A stretch of DNA of 64,000 nucleotides from an uncultured bacterium (GTDB lineage Bacteria > Babelota > Babeliae > Babelales > Babelaceae). The stretch spans positions 544,001 through 608,000 of the forward strand of contig CAWKFG010000001.1 of NCBI GenBank assembly GCA_963848965.1, read 5' to 3'. Positions within the stretch are counted from its first letter, which is position 1, and each line of letters starts with the position of its first letter. A model generated the notes under the pieces. That model was not told the origin of the DNA, searched no databases, and worked only from the letters and a program-made list of their open reading frames with translations. Positions 9,925 to 19,138 of this stretch are shown here, piece after piece. The position numbers and the translations under genes were made by a program.

Positions 9925-10033
9925 AATAATTCCAGTAAGCGCATAGCCTCGTAAGCTCTACAGCGCTTGGTTCGTCTATAAGATAAATGCTTATTCAAAA
10001 ATAGTACTCTTCTCTTACTATACACTAAAAAGC

Positions 10034-10059
10034 AGTGCTATAAAAGCTTTTATAGCACT
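10034..10059. repeat. Perfect 26-bp palindrome in a divergent promoter region
   Basis: AGTGCTATAAAAGCTTTTATAGCACT equals its own reverse complement. Confidence 0.9.
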
Positions 10060-10202
10060 ACAACCAGTTATGGTTCCTAAGTATAAAGTATACCAAGCAT
10101 CTGCCTAAAAATGACAAATAATCAACTTGGCAACATACGTCGCTTGATAAATTTTTATAATATGCTAATTTAAATAATGATTTCTCAGAGAAAAGGATTA
10201 TT

Positions 10203-10481
10203 ATGAAACATCTGTATTTATTAGTGCTCTTTGTAAGTGTACCATTTTTTGCTTTTGCTGGCGGAGCAGAAAAGCGAGAAGCACAAGCATCAGAAGATAT
10301 TTCTATACATAAAAAGGCTCGTACGCAAGAGCTTCAAATAAGTATTACAGAACTGCTTATGCAGCAAAATACTTTTTTAGAGTCTCTCGCACAACGACTT
10401 GAAAACTTAAAGAAAAATAGTGAGGAATTTCTTAAAGAGATAGAGTATTTGGAGCAGCAACTGCTTACTAAAGGAAGCTGA
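10203..10481 (+). CDS. Small secreted coiled-coil protein with an NLS-like motif
   Basis: Signal peptide, GGAEKR..KKAR, then a heptad-like helix. Confidence 0.75.
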   Translation: MKHLYLLVLFVSVPFFAFAGGAEKREAQASEDISIHKKARTQELQISITELLMQQNTFLESLAQRLENLKKNSEEFLKEIEYLEQQLLTKGS

Positions 10482-10484
10482 TGT

Positions 10485-11633
10485 ATGAAGAGACAATTAC
10501 TGCTATTTCTTCTTATAATAGGGGGAATAGCATACGGATCTGGTGAGCTTTTAACCGAACTTTCAAGCAAGGAACACTTATCAGCGCTTATAATAAAGCG
10601 TCGTGCATTGCTTGAAAAAATTAGAAGTGATATTGAAAGTATTACAACAAATTATGATCTTATAGAAACAAAGATAGCCTCTTTGCAACAGGGGCTTAAA
10701 CCACAAGAAGAAAAAGACTTACATGCTGAAATAAAGGAAATCTTTTATAGGCCTGTCGAGGATGATTTTATTATATGGTATACTCATGGAAAAGTTGTAA
10801 AGTTGAATCCTGTAATGCAGTGCCAACTGAGTGTTCTCTTTGAGAATATACAAGCTTGTGGATTCTGTTGCTATCAAAAAGACGAGCAATGCTTTGTTGT
10901 TGCAACTGAGCAAGCTCTTGAACTTCGCAAAGGACAAACAGTCGTATGGTCAAGTGGTAAAGATACGCGAGCTCAAGGTATTTATGCTCTCTATCCTCAT
11001 CCTCTAGATAAGGATCGTGTTATTACTCTCCATACTAATGGACATGTGAAATTATGGGATCTAAAGAAGCGTGATTTTATAATGGCTCTTATGAAGCAAT
11101 GTAACAAGATTAACCATATGTGTATCACAAAGAATAATCATCTTGTTATGGCAGAAGAGACAGCTCTTAAAGTGCGAACTCTTGCTCTTACTACGAAAAG
11201 CTATAAAATTGCGGTACCAGAAAAAATTACTGCCCTTTGTAAAGATCCAAGCAACAATGATCAGGTTGTTATAGCAGGTAAGGAGCTACAAATATGGAAT
11301 GTGGTTTCTAAAAACTGTGTGCGTAAACTTGAGTGTAATGAAAAAGTTTCTGCGCTCTGTGCTCTAAAAAAGAGTTCCTTGAGTATTAATAACTGTATTA
11401 TTGCAGGAACTGAGCAAGGGAATATTATGCTCTGGAATGATGATTCTACTAAAAGAGTATACTTTAAAGCACATGGTACTCCTATAACGCATCTTGTTGT
11501 CGATAAACACGGCCGAATTATTTCGGCAGCTTACGATAGAACTGTTTCTGTATGGGCGTGTGTTGCAAAAGATACATGGGAAAAAATAGGTACTTTTAAA
11601 TTAGATAAAACGATAGAGAACGAAACATTATAA
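10485..11633 (+). CDS. Secreted coiled-coil + WD40 protein
   Basis: Signal peptide; GHVKLWD, LQIWN, GNIMLWN, AH..DRTVSVW. Confidence 0.85.
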   Translation: MKRQLLLFLLIIGGIAYGSGELLTELSSKEHLSALIIKRRALLEKIRSDIESITTNYDLIETKIASLQQGLKPQEEKDLHAEIKEIFYRPVEDDFIIWYTHGKVVKLNPVMQCQLSVLFENIQACGFCCYQKDEQCFVVATEQALELRKGQTVVWSSGKDTRAQGIYALYPHPLDKDRVITLHTNGHVKLWDLKKRDFIMALMKQCNKINHMCITKNNHLVMAEETALKVRTLALTTKSYKIAVPEKITALCKDPSNNDQVVIAGKELQIWNVVSKNCVRKLECNEKVSALCALKKSSLSINNCIIAGTEQGNIMLWNDDSTKRVYFKAHGTPITHLVVDKHGRIISAAYDRTVSVWACVAKDTWEKIGTFKLDKTIENETL

Positions 11634-11646
11634 TAAGGAATTATGT

Positions 11647-13593
11647 ATGAATAAAGTATTGTTAGCGCTTGCTCTAGGAATTTCGGGAAGCGTATTATAT
11701 GCAGGTGGTCAAGAGAAACGATCAGCAGATGAACATCCTCAAGTATCGCCATTAAAAAAATCGCGTACGACGGAAGAAGATGCTTCTGATAGTATACTTG
11801 CACAATTAAGAGAAGAGCTTACACAGTTTAAAGCTTCAGATATTCAGGCTTCTCTAAAGGCACTTGAAGAAAGAAACGAAAAGAATAGAGAAGAGTTTAA
11901 TAAGCTTAAAGCACGAGCAGGATCAGATACGCCTGCTTTACCAGCGCCTCCTAAACGACCTGCTGCAAAAATAACAGCAGTGCCACAATTGACTGGTCCA
12001 AAACCAGCAGCAAAAGCAAGTGATAACTCAAAAGAAAAAGAGAGCTCTCTTAGAACATCTCAAGGTAATGATCACTCAGTTAAAAAATTTAGAGCAACTA
12101 CAGATATTACTGCAAAGCCAGCTACTGGAACTCAAGATGGTGGTGTTAGTAACCCTATGTCTGCAAAACCTGCAGCTTCTCCTGAGGCCCCAAGCATTAT
12201 TAGGACTAAACAGCCGCTTATTCCTAGTTTACCAAAAGCTCCTGAGCAGACTGGTGTACCAGCTCAACTACCAATGCCTATAGTTGCTAAAGCTCCAGAG
12301 CAAACACATCTTTCTGCTCCAGTATTGCCTAAGGATTCAGAGCTTATAAGTGTACCTGCGCTTGCGCAAGCACCTCTAACAGCTAAGGCTCAAGAGATTG
12401 TAAATCTACCAGTACCAGCAGTTGCTAAACCTGCAGAAAGTGCACAATCAGAGATAGCAAAGACTACGAGAGTACAAGATTTGCTTGATGGCGGAGCTGC
12501 CGTGTCTATACCACATACTCTAAGCTTAGATAGTGGACTTTTTTCTACAAAAGAAGAGTCATTAACACCGCGTAAATTAAGTTTGTTACAAAGATTGAAT
12601 ACAATAAAAAGCCAAACAGTACAACGTCCTGCACAAAGCTCTATTTCTTGTATAATGTATTCACCTCTTACTAAAGAGTTGCTTGTAGGATGCCTTGATT
12701 GCAGTATACGAAAATACTCACAGCTTTCGCCATTATCAGGAAATAAAATTGGTGAGCATGATACTTCAGTAAAGTGTATGATTGTAGATCCTGTATCCCA
12801 AAAGTATCTTATTTCAGGTTCGTTCGACGGAGCTATAAAGGTATGGGATATTGCAGGGCAGCGATGTGTAGCATCATGGTTTGGTCATAACCGTGCTCTT
12901 CTTGCTTTCTTTATTAATCCCGAGAACCCCAATATTCTTATTTCTACTTCCGAGGATGGAACTCTGAAATTATGGGATTTAGGAAGCATTCGTCAAGCAG
13001 GAGAATTAAAGGGTGAATGTATTGTAGACAAATTTATATGTTCTCATGAGCTTACATTTAGTGAGCCTGTTACAGCAGTGACCTTTATACCAAGTGAGCC
13101 AACTGTTGCTTTCATTGGTAATGGTACTGAAATAGTGCTCTATGATTTAAGTAATGCAACCAAAGCTTATTCTTGGGATGATAATGTATTACTTAGTGCG
13201 CCTATAGCAGCGCTTTGTGGACATCCAGAAAATAGTGATTTGATAATTCTTGGGACACGAAATGGTGCGCTCTTTATATGGGATATTACAAAACCAAAAG
13301 AATCGCGCATTGTAGCCCAATTGAAAGCACCTGCATCTGTTAATATCAGCTCTTTAACAAAACTATCTATAGATTCTAAACAGCTTGTTTTACAAGCGAG
13401 TGATACTATTGCTCTTTGGAATCTTACAAATGGACGATTTATCACAAGTGTAAGAGTATCTGGGACAATTGCTAGTTTTGTGCTCGATCAAACAAAGATT
13501 GTTATAGCAACAGTTGCTGGACAACTTTTTACAGCAGATGTTATTCGTAATCAAGGAGAAATTACTGCATTTGGGCCGCTTACGGCCCTTTAA
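11647..13593 (+). CDS. Secreted protein with NLS-like motif, coiled coil, Pro/Ala-rich linker and WD40 propeller
   Basis: SGSFDGAIKVWD, GH..SEDGTLKLWD; AKP/AKAPEQT repeats. Confidence 0.85.
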   Translation: MNKVLLALALGISGSVLYAGGQEKRSADEHPQVSPLKKSRTTEEDASDSILAQLREELTQFKASDIQASLKALEERNEKNREEFNKLKARAGSDTPALPAPPKRPAAKITAVPQLTGPKPAAKASDNSKEKESSLRTSQGNDHSVKKFRATTDITAKPATGTQDGGVSNPMSAKPAASPEAPSIIRTKQPLIPSLPKAPEQTGVPAQLPMPIVAKAPEQTHLSAPVLPKDSELISVPALAQAPLTAKAQEIVNLPVPAVAKPAESAQSEIAKTTRVQDLLDGGAAVSIPHTLSLDSGLFSTKEESLTPRKLSLLQRLNTIKSQTVQRPAQSSISCIMYSPLTKELLVGCLDCSIRKYSQLSPLSGNKIGEHDTSVKCMIVDPVSQKYLISGSFDGAIKVWDIAGQRCVASWFGHNRALLAFFINPENPNILISTSEDGTLKLWDLGSIRQAGELKGECIVDKFICSHELTFSEPVTAVTFIPSEPTVAFIGNGTEIVLYDLSNATKAYSWDDNVLLSAPIAALCGHPENSDLIILGTRNGALFIWDITKPKESRIVAQLKAPASVNISSLTKLSIDSKQLVLQASDTIALWNLTNGRFITSVRVSGTIASFVLDQTKIVIATVAGQLFTADVIRNQGEITAFGPLTAL

Positions 13594-13619
13594 AAAGTGT
13601 TAACTTATTTTAATGAAGA

Positions 13620-14960
13620 GTGTATACAATGAGAACTTTATTTTACTTACTTTCTCTTGTGTTGTGCGTACAGACTGTACTCCACTGTGGTGGAGATAGT
13701 CCTAAGCGCAAACGAAATGATGATTCTTCCGAGAGTGCTTCAAGCCAAAAGAAGAAGAGATATTCGCAAGAAGAGCTGATACATATTATGAGCTTAATGC
13801 AAAAGTATCGTGAGCAGCGATTGAAAATACAGTCTCTTATAAAAGATCTTCAAAAAGGAACTGAAGAGATAGAGCAGAATATTGCATCTTTATATAAAGA
13901 ACGCGAGCAGGTTGAATCAGCAGATTCTTTCAATAGATCTGTAGAGTCTGATGAAGAAAGCGATGCTTCAACTGTAGGACGATCATCTCCTCTTTTAGCT
14001 GATTTTGATGCGATGGAAGAGATTGCTCAAGAAAAGAGAACTATGCCAGAATTGTGGCTCTTTCGGTATGATGCGCGCAGCAAGCAAGGATTTGCTTGTT
14101 ATGAAGGTAAATCTATTCGCGTATGGGATCTATCTTCGCGGCGTAGCATAGCAACTATTGCCGTTCCTGATGAAGGAGATATTTTGGATTTACGTATTCA
14201 TCCTTATAAACCACAGCATTGTATCATTGCAACGAAAGACTCAATACAAGTGCTCGGGCCAGCAGGATGCTTATGGAAAAGCAAAGTTGATGTAGGAAAG
14301 GACACTCGTGTTCTTTATATTAATCCTCATAATCAGCGGCAGTTATTTACTGGCCATGGTAATGGGATTGTACGCTTGTGGGACATTGAAACAGGAAAGC
14401 GTTTAAAAGAGTTTACTATGTTTGATACTTCCCGCGAAAATAGTAATGAAAATGCTATTTTTTCACTTTGTACTACTCAAGACAAAACGCTGATCGCTGC
14501 TACGTATAAAGGTAAAGTGAAGCTTAAAACAGAGGTCTCATCTATACCATTTCAATCTTTTCCTGCAGATGAGGAAAGTTTGCTTTATACTCATCCAATT
14601 GATAGTGGTAAGATTATTGTGGCTGGAAACGGTATAAGAATACGTAGTATACGAGGTAAAAATTGGCCACAAGCATTTAAAACTGCTGATGATGTAACTG
14701 CTGTTTGTACAATTCATAATTCATCTATGTATATTATAGCAGGTTTAAAAAATGGATCTATAGAGCTGTGGCGAGAGCTTGATGCTCATAATTACGCATT
14801 GATAACTACTTTTAGCAAATGCCATACAGGACCTATTATTTTCTTAGGGTTTGACGAAGAAAAGAACCAGCTTATTTCTGCTGGAGAGGATGGGTTAATT
14901 AAAGTGTGGGATTTAAACAAAGAGCGTACGTATGCCCATTGTGTAGATTCGCTTATATAA
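13620..14960 (+). CDS. Secreted NLS-like + coiled-coil + WD40 protein
   Basis: PKRKR..KKKR; IRVWD, GIVRLWD, SAGEDGLIKVWD; start may be ATG 13629. Confidence 0.85.
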   Translation: MYTMRTLFYLLSLVLCVQTVLHCGGDSPKRKRNDDSSESASSQKKKRYSQEELIHIMSLMQKYREQRLKIQSLIKDLQKGTEEIEQNIASLYKEREQVESADSFNRSVESDEESDASTVGRSSPLLADFDAMEEIAQEKRTMPELWLFRYDARSKQGFACYEGKSIRVWDLSSRRSIATIAVPDEGDILDLRIHPYKPQHCIIATKDSIQVLGPAGCLWKSKVDVGKDTRVLYINPHNQRQLFTGHGNGIVRLWDIETGKRLKEFTMFDTSRENSNENAIFSLCTTQDKTLIAATYKGKVKLKTEVSSIPFQSFPADEESLLYTHPIDSGKIIVAGNGIRIRSIRGKNWPQAFKTADDVTAVCTIHNSSMYIIAGLKNGSIELWRELDAHNYALITTFSKCHTGPIIFLGFDEEKNQLISAGEDGLIKVWDLNKERTYAHCVDSLI

Positions 14961-14961
14961 A

Positions 14962-15124
14962 TAAAAAGGGAGGCATATAAAACGCCTCCCATTTTACCTC
15001 CAGGACGAACCCGGAGGCTACATTTATTGTGGAAGGTAGCATTAAAACTACCTTCCTTTTTGCTTCCAGGACGAACCTGGAAGCTATACTTTTACATCTG
15101 TTATATTTCAAATATTTATTTCTA
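14962..15124 (-). ncRNA. Candidate ~160-nt sRNA made of two tandem hairpin-pair units
   Basis: TTGACA-16-TATAAT promoter with an extended-10 TG (15158-15131); two copies of a hairpin with a UUCGU loop plus a second hairpin; G-U pairs favour the minus strand; U-tail at the end. Confidence 0.6.
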
Positions 15125-15260
15125 ATATAAATTATAACACAGAAATAAATTTTGTCAAGCACTTTTTTAGAATTTTCTTAAATTTAAAATTAAAAACACC
15201 CTTTTCCTAGAAGCAAAATATGTTATAATTGGGCAAAATGTACAAACGGAAAGAGCAAAA

Positions 15261-16520
15261 ATGAGCTATAAAGTGATTGGAATGATCTGTTTTATGTGGT
15301 TGGGTTTATCTCTCTATGGAATGGAAAAGGAGCCTGTCTTAAAAGCAGCAATGCTTGAAGATGATTTTGGAGTTCTTAACGAACTTTTTGCTAAAATAGC
15401 ATTGGTTGAAAATGCCATAGAGCATTTTCTTAGTCAGGGTATTACGTCTAACATCTCTCATCGGAATTCTTTAGCTGTAGATTCAGCATATTTAAGTCCC
15501 CAGTGCAATTATATAATAGCTCAATCTGCAGGACCCGTGGTAGAAGTGTTTGATATAAGAAAATTCCCGGTAGTTGTGCCCTGTATTACGTGCCATGAAG
15601 GTGCAGCTAAATCTATAGCTATAAGCCAAGATGATAAATATATGTTAAAAGGATATCAAACTGGTATAGCAGAACTCAGCTTCCTCGAAAATTCTACTGG
15701 TAAACCATATGAGCTTTTTGGGCATACGGATGCTATTACTTCTGTAGCATTCAGTAAAGATAGGAGTTATGTGCTAACAGGATCACGGGATGGAACTGCA
15801 CGCATATGGGATATAAAAGCCCTTGAGGCTGTCAAATCATATGTTCTTACAGGTCATACAAAAGGTATTACTTCCGTAGCCACAAGCCCATCCAGCGACA
15901 AAGTGCTAACAGGATCATGGGATAAAACTGCACGAATATGGGATATAAGTAATCCTGAGTCTGTTACGTCATATGAACTTAAGGGCCATAAAGAAGATAT
16001 ACAGTGGGTACAATTTAGTCCAACGGGCACCTATGCTATAACAAGAGATAAAACAGAAGCATATTTATGGAATATAAGTGATCTCAAATCTATTACATCA
16101 CATCGTATAGGTGATAGAAGAGCTGTAAGCGCTATAGTATTTAGCCCAGATGAAAAATATCTCTTGATAGGATATTTTGAAGGTGCTGCACAAATGCTCG
16201 ATATACCTACTTTAAAGGGAACTGCTGTGTCATATACTCTTAAGGGTTTTACTAATCTTTGTTCTGGAGCATTTAGTCCAACAGGATTGCATATGCTGCT
16301 TGGATCGGCTGATGGTAGTGTAAAGCTTTGTACTATAACTGGCACTGACATTGTTGAAAAAACTAAGCTGGATGGGCATAATGGTTGGGTTTCGTCAGTA
16401 GTATGGAGCGTAAACGGAAGATATATTTTAACAGCATCGTGGGATGGAACGCTAGTACTACGAGATATGACTAGTCTTTGCACAGCTACAGAGCTTGCTT
16501 CAAAACGTAAGCAGATTTAG
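15261..16520 (+). CDS. Secreted WD40-repeat protein
   Basis: Canonical GHTxxITSVAxS..LTGSxDxTARIWD repeats; signal peptide then MEK. Confidence 0.9.
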   Translation: MSYKVIGMICFMWLGLSLYGMEKEPVLKAAMLEDDFGVLNELFAKIALVENAIEHFLSQGITSNISHRNSLAVDSAYLSPQCNYIIAQSAGPVVEVFDIRKFPVVVPCITCHEGAAKSIAISQDDKYMLKGYQTGIAELSFLENSTGKPYELFGHTDAITSVAFSKDRSYVLTGSRDGTARIWDIKALEAVKSYVLTGHTKGITSVATSPSSDKVLTGSWDKTARIWDISNPESVTSYELKGHKEDIQWVQFSPTGTYAITRDKTEAYLWNISDLKSITSHRIGDRRAVSAIVFSPDEKYLLIGYFEGAAQMLDIPTLKGTAVSYTLKGFTNLCSGAFSPTGLHMLLGSADGSVKLCTITGTDIVEKTKLDGHNGWVSSVVWSVNGRYILTASWDGTLVLRDMTSLCTATELASKRKQI

Positions 16521-16602
16521 GTTCATACTTCTACTATGTTTTTCTTGTATATTTTTGGTACCTCATTTAAGCTTTATATACTTTTTAAAGAGGGTTCATA
16601 GT

Positions 16603-17979
16603 ATGAAGAAATGGTTGTTATTAGTAATAGGTATTATAGGTGCTAGTATATACTGGTATGTAAAGCATCCAGTTCTTCTACAAGTTCCTAAAAATCAGCA
16701 ACTCTCTGGCTGGACAGTTGTTATACCGGGAATCACAGGAGATCTTGCTAAACGTAAGCTTATACCTGCATTGTACCAGCTGTATAAAAAGGGTATGCAA
16801 AGTATTATTATTGGTACTGGTCGGCGTGATGCTGCTATTACTGATATTCTTAAAGATGCTAAAAAATTCATTCAAGCAGTTGATGAGCAGCTCTGGAAGC
16901 AATTTGCTCAGATGGTTGTCTATCACAAATTAGATCCAAGCGTACCGACAGATTTTAAAGCACTTGCACAAAGCATTGTAAAACTAGAAGCATCTCACAA
17001 TTTTTCTGGTAAACGTCTTGTATTTCTCTCTCTTCCTGCTGATGTTTTTTGTCAAACTACCAAACTATTAGTTGAAAATGGTATTATTGAGCCTCATAAA
17101 TCTCAGTATATCCTCTATGAAAAACCATTTGGGTGGGACCATGCATCGGCACAAGAAATTAATAAGTGTACTACTTCTTTACTACCTGATAAGCAACTGT
17201 ATCGTATAGATCATTATGTTGCTAAAGGGCTTACGCAAACACTTGCGTATCTTTCTGGCACAAACCTTTTATTTGCTCACGTGTGGGATGGAAAAGCAAT
17301 TGATACAGTATCTGTTCTCTTTCATGAAACATTGGGTATAGAAGGGCGAGGTTCATTTTATGATCGTTATGGTGCGATAAAAGATGTTATGCAAAATCAT
17401 ATGTTACAACTGCTTGCGTTTTTTGCTCTTAATCTTTCTTCTGCAAAAACTTTAGATGAAAGAGCTCATCAAAAAGCTGCATTCTTAAACTCTTTATCAG
17501 TGCAAAATGTACGTCGAGGTCAGTATGAAGGATATCTTGCTGAAAAAGATGTTTCTCCTCATTCAAAGACTGAAACGTATGCTGCAGTTACACTTATAAG
17601 TAATGATCCTCGGTGGAAAGGGGTACAATTTATTTTAGAAACAGGTAAAGCACTTGCTCAAAAGAAAACAGAACTTGTTGTAACCTTTAAACCAGTAAAC
17701 CAAAGTCTTCCAAATCAGCTTACTGTGCAATTTGCGCCAAAAGAGCTTATGTCATTGCGCCTCAATGGCCTTGAAAGCAAACCATTTGACCTTGCTTCTA
17801 GTAGTTTTGAATATCCTGAGGCCTATGAAGCACTTCTTGCCGATGTCCTTACTGAGAAATTAGACTATTCAGTAAGCTTTGAAGAAATTGAAGCGCAGTG
17901 GCGTTTAACAGATAGCATAAGGACTCTGACATCAGAAGTCTCAATCTATCCTAAGGGTATATATCTTGACAAAGTATGA
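16603..17979 (+). CDS. zwf: Glucose-6-phosphate 1-dehydrogenase with an N-terminal hydrophobic anchor
   Basis: GITGDLAKRKLIPAL, EKPFG, RIDHY, GAIKDVMQNH, RWKGV, ETGK; start set at the ATG after GAGGG. Confidence 0.9.
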   Translation: MKKWLLLVIGIIGASIYWYVKHPVLLQVPKNQQLSGWTVVIPGITGDLAKRKLIPALYQLYKKGMQSIIIGTGRRDAAITDILKDAKKFIQAVDEQLWKQFAQMVVYHKLDPSVPTDFKALAQSIVKLEASHNFSGKRLVFLSLPADVFCQTTKLLVENGIIEPHKSQYILYEKPFGWDHASAQEINKCTTSLLPDKQLYRIDHYVAKGLTQTLAYLSGTNLLFAHVWDGKAIDTVSVLFHETLGIEGRGSFYDRYGAIKDVMQNHMLQLLAFFALNLSSAKTLDERAHQKAAFLNSLSVQNVRRGQYEGYLAEKDVSPHSKTETYAAVTLISNDPRWKGVQFILETGKALAQKKTELVVTFKPVNQSLPNQLTVQFAPKELMSLRLNGLESKPFDLASSSFEYPEAYEALLADVLTEKLDYSVSFEEIEAQWRLTDSIRTLTSEVSIYPKGIYLDKV

Positions 17980-18046
17980 AATAGTTGTCATATTTGAGTT
18001 TAGGGATAAATTTTATAATTTTAATAAGGTGATTCAGGAGTCTCTC

Positions 18047-18124
18047 ATGGACCTTTGTACTAGTTCTTATTGCGTTAATGGTGTTACAGATGCTTATATC
18101 TTAAGTTATCCCTGGCCTGCCTAA
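18047..18124 (+). CDS. Candidate 25-aa leader peptide MDLCTSSYCVNGVTDAYILSYPWPA
   Basis: AGGAG RBS 6 nt before the ATG, inside a ~310-bp leader. Confidence 0.4.
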   Translation: MDLCTSSYCVNGVTDAYILSYPWPA

Positions 18125-18292
18125 TAGTTATCTTTTCAATTTTACTCAATTTCTTCTTCTTTCTACTATTATTTCCTGGTGGCCTTTGTGGCCAACTATA
18201 GTTTTTAATTATTAACTTTTGCTTTTTGGGCATACTGCCTAAATAAGTGCTTTTTAAATACGGATTTTTAACTTTATTTTTAGGAAATAGCT

Positions 18293-19138
18293 ATGAATAG
18301 AAGAATATTACTATTTTTTAGTATATGTTTTAGTGGAATTTTAGTCGGAATGCACAATCTTGATAAGACTCAGCCTTGCTACCAGTATAGATTGGCAAAA
18401 CAAGCAGATGTACCAGCTTTACTTGACTTGATTAATACTCAAGCAATCCGTGATAATACAAAGATTGTTATTTTGCCAAAAGTATTTAGAGAAGGTGCTT
18501 TGCGATCGGCGATAGAAAAAAAGCGCATTTTTATTGCTTTAGATCAAGACCGTATTATTGGTTATAAAAAATTGTTTATAATGATGTGCGATCATGAAAA
18601 AAGCGATATCCTTAACGATGAAATTCGTTGCATTAATAATGAACAGAATTGTGTATTTGCAGGTTATATAGATAATGATACTATCTTTGTTCCCTGTGTA
18701 CCGCGCTTAGCTCATAATTGTTATAGCATTTGTATATACAATGGTGGTGATTTTACGTTGCCATCGTATCGTGGCAAGGGCATCAATCAACAGCTTACAA
18801 AAATGGCGTTGCTTTCTCTTGTTGCTGATGTGAAAGACTATATGCATAATCAAGGTGTAAATACTATAACTATGGTTTATGGAGTTACTCAAGCAAATGC
18901 TGGAATATATCCAGGAGCACCATCAGACCGTACTGTAAGTATTAGTAAAGCCTTTAAAGTGTTTATTCACATGGTGGAGGGTTACTTCAAACCGATTACT
19001 TTGCAGCATCAACGATATCGTGCATTTATGCCAACTTTTGATCCAGACTCTCAAGTATTACAGCCGCTGTCAGATGACCAATCCATTCCCGGCTTTGGTT
19101 GCGTATTAACATATATAGTAAGGAGAGAGCATGAATAA
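18293..19138 (+). CDS. Secreted GNAT-fold acetyltransferase-like protein
   Basis: YRLAKQADVPALLDLIN strand-helix start; TLPSYRGKGI acetyl-CoA motif A; signal peptide. Confidence 0.6.
   Translation: MNRRILLFFSICFSGILVGMHNLDKTQPCYQYRLAKQADVPALLDLINTQAIRDNTKIVILPKVFREGALRSAIEKKRIFIALDQDRIIGYKKLFIMMCDHEKSDILNDEIRCINNEQNCVFAGYIDNDTIFVPCVPRLAHNCYSICIYNGGDFTLPSYRGKGINQQLTKMALLSLVADVKDYMHNQGVNTITMVYGVTQANAGIYPGAPSDRTVSISKAFKVFIHMVEGYFKPITLQHQRYRAFMPTFDPDSQVLQPLSDDQSIPGFGCVLTYIVRREHE

Noticed and set aside
14962..15090. CRISPR array or tRNA
   Set aside because: Only two units, no unique spacers and no cas genes; GGTTCG resembles a T-loop but there is no cloverleaf
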